Shown: positions 53,900 to 64,000 of the stretch, in pieces
How the letters are laid out: every line of letters begins with the position of its first letter
Numbering within the stretch: position 1 is the first letter of the stretch
Source of the DNA: Octopus vulgaris
Lineage: Eukaryota
Direction of reading: 5' to 3'
Length of the DNA stretch: 64,000 nucleotides
NCBI GenBank assembly: GCA_951406725.2
Contig: OX597820.1
Span: forward strand, 76,074,001 to 76,138,000
The notes under the pieces: model-generated
Databases searched by the model: none
What the model saw: only the letters and a program-made list of their open reading frames with translations
What the model was told of the DNA's origin: nothing
Position numbers and translations under genes: made by a program

Positions 53900-55345
53900 A
53901 TTATTTGTGTTCTTACTTAACACAGCACCTTCGCTGGGGCATGTAACAAAGTGCAGGATGTTCACAAACAGTCAATTAAGATGACACTCTTCTTTTAAAT
54001 TTCGAGGAATTTGCAGAGAATTCGTACAGTTTCGGCCAACACTGTCTTCTGATCTAGCTTCACATTTACTTGTTTCTTTTCCATCCAGTTTGTGAATTTT
54101 GTAGTTCTCAGGGCTCCAGCAGCAACAGATGGAGCATTCACCCTTTTCACTTCTTAGCATCATATCTGGTTTGCTTCTCTTCTTCTATTTGTTACGCTTT
54201 CTTCATCAGGGATGCAACATCAATGACTAAACAGAATCTTACCTCTTTGTCCATAATCTCTACTTCTAGCTTTCGATATTCAGTCTCATGACCCCAATGG
54301 ATCATTACATCCAACTGTATCTTTACCCTCTCATTCTCGATTACGCCTGGATTTTGCCTATATCACGTCTTTGCTGTATCAAATCTTAACTTGCCGCACA
54401 TTACCCAATGGATCACCCTTGCAATATGATCGTGTCTTTTTTCTATTCTTTTTTAGACCAGCTTCGTGCATTCATTCTCAATATGCCATACGGTCTCACT
54501 TTTAACACCGCAAACGTTGCAATTCATTTACCGAGTTTAGTACAACTTGTCCTAAGTTCTTATTCAAGTAAGGGCTTCTGTGCCATCTATCTTCTTCGGT
54601 GTTTCTGCTCATACCTCTCATAAACTGACAGTACTTAGTTTTCCATTCCATTTTCGTTTGTCTTCCTTATACTTTTTTCCTTGTCCTTCTGTCTCCACAG
54701 AAGTACCTGTCCTAAATATACCAGATATTCTCACCTGCACCAACAAAGCACCTGTAGTAACCTTGATATTCTACCCAAAGCTATTTTCTCCTGAGAATAT
54801 AAACTTTCACAGATGATTAGCCCTCGCCCATCATTATGTGTTTCTTTATTACCCACAAGGGGCTAAACATAGAAGGGACAAACAAGGACAGGCAAATGGA
54901 TTAAGTCGATTACATCGACCCCAGTACGTAATTGGTACTTAATTTATCGACCCCGAAAGGATGAAAGGCAAAGGCGACCTCGGCGGAATTTGAACTCAGA
55001 ACGTAACGGCAGACGAAATAAGGCTACGCATTTCGCCGGCGTGCTAACGGTTCTGCCAGCTCGCCGCCTTCTTGCCCATCATTATAGCCAGTTTGATACA
55101 GCTTGTCAGTTTCGTTTTTAGGATGGAATGTTGCATTCATTGTGAGCAGATTTCTCGACTTTCGGTTCAGTCCATTCAATTGATGAATTCTGCACCACAT
55201 CTCAATGATGTAATCGCCTATATATTGATCGCTTGAATCTTCTTTGTTCCGTTCAGTTTTGGCCACAACACCTGTCTAGATCTTCGAAAGTGCTCTTGTG
55301 TATAGCTCGTATTCATTTCTTCTTCCATTACTTAATTTACCTTCA
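53900..55345 (-). mobile_element. Heavily decayed R4/Dong-like LINE, interrupted by a family A SINE (54843-55069)
   Basis: LNRKSRNLLTMNATFHPKNETDKLY (HPKxDxDRLY-like); C-terminal VLAETVRILCKFL resembling LGTARILRKVL. Confidence 0.65.
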
Positions 55346-55358
55346 ATATGCCAAGTAT

Positions 55359-55422
<64 letters not shown>

Positions 55423-55450
55423 TAACAATAATAATAATAATAATGATAAC

Positions 55451-55521
<71 letters not shown>

Positions 55522-55525
55522 TAAC

Positions 55526-55586
<61 letters not shown>

Positions 55587-55597
55587 TGATAATAATG

Positions 55598-55658
<61 letters not shown>

Positions 55659-56213
55659 TATCTTGATGCAGTACCAGGCAGTGGCTCTCATGGCTTCTCA
55701 ATTAACTGATTGGAAGTGTTATCATGTACATTGTTTTGTCTTGGTATAAAAGATGGGCTACGGCAAATATTCTGCTCAATACCACAGATTTGCCTGTCAG
55801 TTGTTTGACCTTAACCAGTAGAGCATGTCTCTTACTAGCTGATGTTATGTACATCAATGATCACGAAGAGAAGTAGTGGGGAAGCATCATTGCCATGGAA
55901 TTGTTTGGGGATATGAATAATTCACCTCTGGAAACATGGGTGTTTCGTTCAGCATCCTCAAACAATCCTTATTCAGGTATCTTTTGAGTGGGATAGAACA
56001 CTCAACCTGAAGGAAATTCAAACTGGGCCTCACCAGCAAGGTCATGCGCTGTTTACCTTGATATACGCTCACCATGTCGCGCACATATGGTTGTGATGCA
56101 TGTGCCTAGTGTACCCTTATGAGACGGGTAGTCATGATGGGTATACTCGGCCTCGAATAATTGTACCCCTGTGTCACTTTGATGGCATGCACTGCTACCT
56201 CACTCACTCACTC
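55659..56213 (+). mobile_element. Full-length 555-bp (TAA)n-targeted non-coding element, diverged copy
   Basis: Colinear with 56379-56933; (TAA)n both sides. Confidence 0.85.
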
Positions 56214-56981
<768 letters not shown>

Positions 56982-56982
56982 C

Positions 56983-57046
<64 letters not shown>

Positions 57047-57054
57047 TGATAATG

Positions 57055-57825
57055 GAGGAGTGACCTGAAAATAGTGACAGAACCACTTATATGCGTGACA
57101 GAAGAACAGCAATTAAAGACGAACAATGTGAAGTGCAGAACTGATAACACAAACGAGAACGACAAAAAGAGAATGTGTGGTAAGAGGGGGGGGGACGGTG
57201 AGGCACACCGTTAGCGAATGCCCGAAATTGGCAAACGCAGTTACAAAAGATGACATGACAATGTGGCAAGAATGATCCATTGGAAGCTCTGTGGGAATCA
57301 TGGCCTGCAAAGAGCAAAGGCGTGGTATGAGGAAATCCCAAAAGGATTTACCGAGAACGAAACCCACAAAATCCTGTGGGATGCTATAATTCAGTGTGAC
57401 CATCAGATCAGACATCGCAAACCTGGCATTGTTGTGGTGAGCAGAAAAGAACAAAAAAAAAAAAGGAACTTGAATGGTAATCGATATAATATGTCCCGGT
57501 GACGACAGGATCTAAGAGAAGGAAGAAGTACAGAACATCCATAACGAGTTGAAATCGGAAATATTAAGGTTGTGTTCTGTGAAGAGAGTGAACGTGACGC
57601 CAATGGTAATTGGTGAATTTGGAAGTATCAGCACTCAACTACCAACATTCATCAAAAAGACTGATACAAATGTAAATATGGAACACCTACAGAAACCATA
57701 ATTGCTTGGAACTGCAAAAGATACTTGAAGAATGATCAGTAAACAAGTGTCACCTTAGTCTGCTGGCTGTGGACAGCTGGCACTTTCTGTCATACCCAAC
57801 AAAATATGCTGAACGTTTTCATCAA
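57055..57825 (+). mobile_element. R4/Dong-like LINE 3' fragment in (TAA)n
   Basis: RMCG..TVRHTVSECPKL..HDNVARMIHWKLC..WYE..P..ENE..KILWD..IQCD..I.HRKP.IVV..PMVIG; (TAA)n both sides. Confidence 0.8.
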
Positions 57826-58076
57826 ATAATAATAATTTTATTGTAGTAGTAGTAGTAGTAGTAGTAGTAGTAACTGTTGTTGTTTACGATTTATGTCTTA
57901 TTATTTCATTACATTTTAACCAAGCTCCATCTTTCAGTAAGAATATCTAATGCTTTCGGTTTTTTTTTCTACGTTATATTGCCGTTAGCTAATCCAGCGC
58001 TCTATTCTGATATGTTATGTGGCTTTCTGCATAGAAAGCGAAAGGTTTCGCACTTTTGCACGTATTTGAAACATAT

Positions 58077-58136
<60 letters not shown>

Positions 58137-58375
58137 GTGTGTGTTTGTGTGAGTGTGTGCGCGTGTACACACACACACACACACATATATTTATATATAT
58201 ATATAGCGATATATATAAGTATATCTAATATAATATAATACATGTATGTATGAATGTATATACATACCTACACACACATATATGTATATATATATATATA
58301 AATCCTTAAATCCTTAAAAATGTTTTAGCCTGAAGGCCGCGGCCATGCTGGGGCACCACCGCTGAATGAGCTACA

Positions 58376-61300
58376 CTAGTTTGTGAATCCACCTCTGATA
58401 CGTGGCACTTGATCAACAAGGGAGTTCGATGCTGCTGCCCGCATCCGTGTCTCCTGTCGTGAGGTAGGTTCATCTGGGACTCCCAACAAGAAGAGATCCA
58501 GTTTAGTTTTAAAGAAACCCACATCCACACCATGTAAGTCTCTCAGGCATTTAGGGAGGATGTTAAAGAGCTGTGGTCCTCTGAAACCCAAGCTGTTGCA
58601 GTATCTGGACCTGTATTTTGATGGTGATGTTGGAATCCTTGGCACCACGCAGCGGCGCCCCGTTCTGCGGTTGGAGTAACTTTGAATGCCAAAGTTTGGG
58701 ACAAGACCCTCCAGGATTTTCCAGATGTATATCACTGCATATCTCTCCCGCCTCCGCTCCAGGGAGAAGAGGTTTAATACCTTCAGTCTTTCCCAGTAGC
58801 TGACATTTTGCATTGAGACGATTTTCTTTGTGTAGCTTCTCTGAGTTGCTTCGAGTTCTGCTGTTTGTTTTATATTGTGTGGTGACCAAAGTTGGGAGCA
58901 GTAGTCCAAGCGGCTGAGGACAAATGTTTTCCATAGGACCATCAGTGTCTCCTTCTCTCTTGTTCTGAAAGTTCGGAGAATCCATCCAGCTAGCCGTCTG
59001 CATTTTATCACCAGATTAGCAATATGCATTTGGAAAGATGCATCATTGCTCATGTCAATGCCCAGGTCACGCACTGATTTTGACTCAGGGATTGCAATTC
59101 TTCCTGGGCCAGTGTATCCAGTCTTCACGTCATTTACCTTTGTGTGCCAGTAGCGCAGGGCCTGGAACTTACCTGCATTAAACTGCATGTTGTTGTCCTC
59201 AGCCCACCTGTATATTGTGTCCAGCTCATGTTGCAGATGCGCAATATTTTCAGGGTTTTGTATTGCGTGGGAGACTTTTGTGTCATCTGCATAGCTAGCA
59301 AGGGTGGTCATCGTAGCAACTGAAGGCATGTCTGAAAGGGCCACTATGAACATCAGTGGCCCCAAGACAGTGCCCTGTGGGACACCGCTTGTTATTTGCG
59401 TTTCCCTGGAGGTGGCTCCATTGCTCACAACTGCCTGTTTTCTGTCTTTTAGGAAGTTGTGCAGCCACTCTCCAAGTTTCCCGCCTATGCCGAGACCACG
59501 CAGTTTGTGACAGATCATACCATGGTCGACTTTATCAAAAGCTTTTGCAAAGTCAAGATATATTACATCCACATTTGAGCCATTTAGTAGCTGTTTCAAC
59601 ACCCAGTCATAGTGTTGCAGGAGCTGTGTTAGGCAGCCTCTACCTGGTCGAAATCCATGCTGGGTGTCAGACAGTAAGTCATTTTCTTCAAGGAACATGA
59701 TTAGTTTCTTACGGACTATTCGTTCCATGACTTTGCTGATGTGTGAGGTCAGAGAGATAGGCCTATAATTTTTAGCATCTGCTCTGCTACCTCCCTTATG
59801 GATAGGGCATATTACCCCCTCTTTCAGTTTGACTGGGAGCTTACCACTTGCAAGAAAGCTCTGAAAAAGAAGCTGTAGCGGTTTTGCAAGGGCTCGTTTG
59901 CACGATTTGAGAAGGATCGCTGGGAATCCATCAGGTCCAGCAGCTGAGTTTGTGTCAATCTCATCAATGGCTAGTGTGATATCATCTTCTTCGATGTTGA
60001 TGTACTCAATTTTTGTCTCTTTGGCCGCTGGTAAAGTGGCAAAGAATTCTTCTGGGTTGTTTACTTGCCTGTGTCCTAGAGGTGTAGTGAACACACTTTG
60101 GAACTGTTCGTTCAGTATTTCACTTATCCTCGTGGGATTTCCTGTGAGAGAGCCATCTTTTTGGAAGAGAGGTCCTATTCTCTGGTGCACTGTGGCTGTC
60201 TCTTTGGCAAACTTAAAGAAAGCTTTAGGGTTTGATTTTATATTTTCTATTACCCAAGCTTCTTTATCTGCTCTCTCCTTTTCATGGGACTGATGTAGAC
60301 TTTTCTCAGTTTCCATTAGCATTCTTTCGAGCCGAGACTTCTCACCACTTTTGGTGTGCTTGCTCAGGCGGTTTGCAATCCTTGTCCGTCGTCTCATAAG
60401 AATCCTCCTTTCTCTAGGGATCCTGTTTTTATTCTTGTGTGTGCTGGCCCTGCACATTGGGACATATTTGTCACATATGGCTTGTATTATGGACATGAAG
60501 TGTTTGTGTTTCATGTTTATGTCCGGTGTGGAGAGACATTCAGGCCAATCCTGTTTGAGGATCTCTTTCTCAATCGACTTCCAGTTGGCTTTATGAAAGT
60601 TTAAGTTGGAGAGATGGTGGGTGCTTCGTATAGGCTGTGTGTCTGCGGGGGCTTTTGTTCCATACATAGACAGCTCTATTATGTTGTGATCCGAGATCAT
60701 TGTCGGCATCACATTAACATTATGGATAATATCCATATTGTTTGTAAAGCAGAGATCCAGTATATTATCTGCCCTTGTTGGTTGCAGAACTATTTGCTCC
60801 ATGAAAGAGGTATTTGTGAGATGGAGCAGGGACTCCACCTGTGCCTGCTGATGGTGTGTCATCCCTGGGAGCATCTGCCCCCCAGGCCATTCCACATTGG
60901 GGAGGTTAAAGTCACCCATGAAGAATACACTGTTGTGCTGTTCAAGGTTGGTGAGGACTTCTCCTATTTTTGTTAGGCAGTCTTCAAACATGCCTGAGTG
61001 TTTTGGGGCGTCTGGTGGGCGATATGTAGTGCATATGACGATATTCAGTTGTCTTATGTGTACAATTTGAGTTTCACATACTGAGTTTGAATATGACAGC
61101 AGGACCTGGGGCGTGAGGTCATCTCGGATGTACATTGCAACTCCACCATGGCTCCTCCCTTTTCTATCTGTGCGTATGACTGCATATTGCGGCATGTGTA
61201 TTTCTGCATCACCTATATCGGGTTCAAGATGCGTTTCTGTGAGTGCCATGCATATAGCTTGATTGCATGTCACAAGGTCTCTCAGGAATGAAATTTTCTT

Positions 61301-61480
61301 TTTACAGTTTCCGCGCAGCAGCCCTCCTACATTCAGTAGAAATATTTTTGTGGTGTGTGTGTTGGTGTTGGTGTCTGTGGTGGCCATCCTGCATCTGTTG
61401 GAGGTGGCCTTATGTGGTGGTAGTTCCAGCTTTGTGCTTGTAGCCAGGTCAGCTGCTGAACAATTTTTTGTGCCATGCAC
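58376..61480 (-). CDS. LINE ORF2: APE endonuclease + reverse transcriptase (first ATG at 61387)
   Basis: LTETHL, GGVA, YRPP, GDFNLP, LDL, SDHN (APE); [45 protein letters not shown] (RT); LERRR C-terminus; no stops over 1034 codons. Confidence 0.95.
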   Translation of the reverse strand: MHGTKNCSAADLATSTKLELPPHKATSNRCRMATTDTNTNTHTTKIFLLNVGGLLRGNCKKKISFLRDLVTCNQAICMALTETHLEPDIGDAEIHMPQYAVIRTDRKGRSHGGVAMYIRDDLTPQVLLSYSNSVCETQIVHIRQLNIVICTTYRPPDAPKHSGMFEDCLTKIGEVLTNLEQHNSVFFMGDFNLPNVEWPGGQMLPGMTHHQQAQVESLLHLTNTSFMEQIVLQPTRADNILDLCFTNNMDIIHNVNVMPTMISDHNIIELSMYGTKAPADTQPIRSTHHLSNLNFHKANWKSIEKEILKQDWPECLSTPDINMKHKHFMSIIQAICDKYVPMCRASTHKNKNRIPRERRILMRRRTRIANRLSKHTKSGEKSRLERMLMETEKSLHQSHEKERADKEAWVIENIKSNPKAFFKFAKETATVHQRIGPLFQKDGSLTGNPTRISEILNEQFQSVFTTPLGHRQVNNPEEFFATLPAAKETKIEYINIEEDDITLAIDEIDTNSAAGPDGFPAILLKSCKRALAKPLQLLFQSFLASGKLPVKLKEGVICPIHKGGSRADAKNYRPISLTSHISKVMERIVRKKLIMFLEENDLLSDTQHGFRPGRGCLTQLLQHYDWVLKQLLNGSNVDVIYLDFAKAFDKVDHGMICHKLRGLGIGGKLGEWLHNFLKDRKQAVVSNGATSRETQITSGVPQGTVLGPLMFIVALSDMPSVATMTTLASYADDTKVSHAIQNPENIAHLQHELDTIYRWAEDNNMQFNAGKFQALRYWHTKVNDVKTGYTGPGRIAIPESKSVRDLGIDMSNDASFQMHIANLVIKCRRLAGWILRTFRTREKETLMVLWKTFVLSRLDYCSQLWSPHNIKQTAELEATQRSYTKKIVSMQNVSYWERLKVLNLFSLERRRERYAVIYIWKILEGLVPNFGIQSYSNRRTGRRCVVPRIPTSPSKYRSRYCNSLGFRGPQLFNILPKCLRDLHGVDVGFFKTKLDLFLLGVPDEPTSRQETRMRAAASNSLVDQVPRIRGGFTN

Positions 61481-61704
61481 AAAAAAGACTGCTGTTCAGC
61501 TGCCGCCCTTCTCACATCTGGGTGAAGCTGGCCACCTGTTGGGTTTCCGCGCACCACATCTGCATACCGTCTTTCAGTAGTGGTCAGTGCGCTTTTTTCC
61601 CTTCTTTTAACTTTTTGTTTTTGTTCTCCCTGAGGGAGGGACCTCTGTCTCGCGTCCGTGTGGTTTTGGTAGGGCCTCCGATGTGCAAAGCGACAGTTTG
61701 CACC
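61333..61704 (-). CDS. C-terminal remnant of LINE ORF1
   Basis: Open frame GANCRFAH (end of a CCCH-like finger)...RRYADVVRG...; overlaps the ORF2 start; cut by (TA)n. Confidence 0.65.
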   Translation of the reverse strand, partial: GANCRFAHRRPYQNHTDARQRSLPQGEQKQKVKRREKSALTTTERRYADVVRGNPTGGQLHPDVRRAAAEQQSFLCMAQKIVQQLTWLQAQSWNYHHIRPPPTDAGWPPQTPTPTHTPQKYFY

Positions 61705-62313
<609 letters not shown>

Positions 62314-62483
62314 TATGTGTGTATGTGTGGTATTTTTTAGCTGCAGGATGGATAGTAGTAGAAACTTAAAATTCATGACGAAGTCTAAATAGTTTTTAAC
62401 ACTTTCATTTGTCAATCAGTATAAATACTTATTCTCCAACTCTTCTTACTCCTTCTCCCCCTCTCCTCCTCCTCTTCCTACTT

Positions 62484-62526
<43 letters not shown>

Positions 62527-62595
62527 CACCACCACCACCACCACCACCACCACTACTACTACTAATAGTAACAATAATAATAATAATAATAATAA

Positions 62596-62937
62596 AGGGT
62601 AAAGACCCCCTTCGGTCAGGCACTGACCATGGGTTTGCACCTAGAGAGATACCCTCTGAGGCACAAGTCTGGGCAAGGTTGTTTTATGGAAGACCAGCAG
62701 TCGCCCATGCATACCGGCCTCCCCTCTCCACGTCACCGATGTTGTCCAAGGGAAAGGCAAGGGCCGATACAGCTTGGCACCTGTGACGTCGCAACTCATT
62801 TCTACAGCTGAGTGAACTGGAGCAACGTGAAATAAAGTGCCTTGCTCAAGAACACAACACGCAGCCCCGTCCGGGATTCGAGCTCACAACCTCACGATCG
62901 TAAGCTCGACGCTCTAACCAGTGAGCCATGCGCCTTC
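62596..62937 (-). mobile_element. tRNA-derived CORE-type SINE (family C) in (TAA)n
   Basis: TGGCTCACTGG A box, GAGCTCGAATCC B box, TTGAGCAAGGCACTTTATTTCACGTTGCTCCAG core. Confidence 0.8.
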
Positions 62938-62971
<34 letters not shown>

Positions 62972-64000
62972 TAATAATAATATCCTTTTTAATTTTCGCA
63001 GAAGCCCAGCAACATTAAGGGGGAAGGAACATGCCAATTACATGAAACTTGGTAGTTGACGGGTAAAAGTTTTATTGACACCTAAAAGGATGAAAGGCAC
63101 AGTCGACCGCAACGGAATTTGAACTGAGAATCTAGGGAACCGAAAGAAAAGCAATTCGTTCGATGCCCTTCTTGTGTCTCTGTAAGTTAATCTTTCCGAA
63201 TTACTGTTTAGAAAATGTAACCTTTTTTGCGTGTGCGTGTACACGTGTACATGAGTACGTCCCTTGTTTTTGTTTGTTTTTAGAGAATGTGGAAGCTTAA
63301 AGTTTATGAACTATGTTTATTTATACATATAGTTTTCAATTCAGTTTCAGGTATGGCTACATGTAATGATCTTTATGATTTATGAATTTGGATCTCTCAA
63401 TATAAGCACATGTAGGATATATTAAATGTGTGCTTACACTTATTAATAAAATTAAAATAAATACACAATAAATAAATATGCAGAAACATTTTTTAAGTAG
63501 TTTAATCTTCTAACCACAAACACCACTAACTAATATACAGACATACCATAAAAACATCATTCTCTACAATTAATAACTTCGAAAACACAGAGGCCAACTA
63601 GAGCCGCCTTAAACTTTCAAAAGATGAAAAACAAAACCATTTACATAACAGCAACTGTAGCACCTTCAGAACCTCTCAATCCTGCGCTTTGAAATGAAAT
63701 TGTGCTACAAGTGATATTGTCCACAGCGTTACTTGTTCACCAACACAAAACCAGCTGGTACATCCGCATATGTAGGGTCTGCAGCAAACTAGTTCGAGAC
63801 ATGATACAACAAAACACACATACTTGCAAAGTAGAGTAATGAATAAAATAAAAAATAAGGAATGTTTGTAACACTGCGGAAAGTTTTAAAAGCCTTTATA
63901 TTTCGGGTGCACACGAATGGAAATGTGTTTAAAACTTTCTGTATTGTTAGAAGCTTTCGTAATTTCTCATTTCATTCATTATTCAGAAAATATTGTCAAT

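Larger units (their letters stand above)
58300..61704 (-). mobile_element. CR1-group LINE, 5'-truncated in ORF1, ORF2 intact, flanked by (TA)n
   Basis: ORF1 remnant + ORF2 + short 3'UTR ending (TTTAAGGA)2. Confidence 0.92.

Noticed and set aside
58563-61580. Shorter ORFs overlapping or antisense to LINE ORF2
   Set aside because: Shadow frames of the long RT ORF.

Overview
AT-rich, repeat-saturated eukaryotic (animal) genomic DNA with no securely identifiable host gene. The dense (TA)n/(TAA)n/(GATA)n/(CA)n microsatellites and tRNA-derived SINE families are typical of an octopus-like cephalopod genome (inference), probably intronic or intergenic. Almost all short ORFs in the track are microsatellite artefacts. 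The one long ORF (58376-61480, minus) is an uninterrupted APE-endonuclease/reverse-transcriptase ORF2 of a CR1-group LINE, whose 3' tail is shared with the most abundant SINE in the window. Also present: five fragments of RLE-type (R4/Dong-like) LINEs, several at (TAA)n tracts; a 555-bp non-coding (TAA)n-targeted retroposon; RTE, Gypsy and mariner relics; Helitrons; and several MITEs. The most interesting signal, read by eye, is about 10 minimal, Penelope-type hammerhead-ribozyme motifs from about five distinct short non-coding families embedded in microsatellites. These include a tRNA-headed element with a hammerhead tail and an inverted partial copy, U3-A8 core variants and a head-to-head foldback dimer. 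A separate two-copy element has covarying, pseudoknot-capable pairings and hammerhead core words in permuted order. No databases or folding programs were run; family names are from motif recognition and boundaries are approximate.
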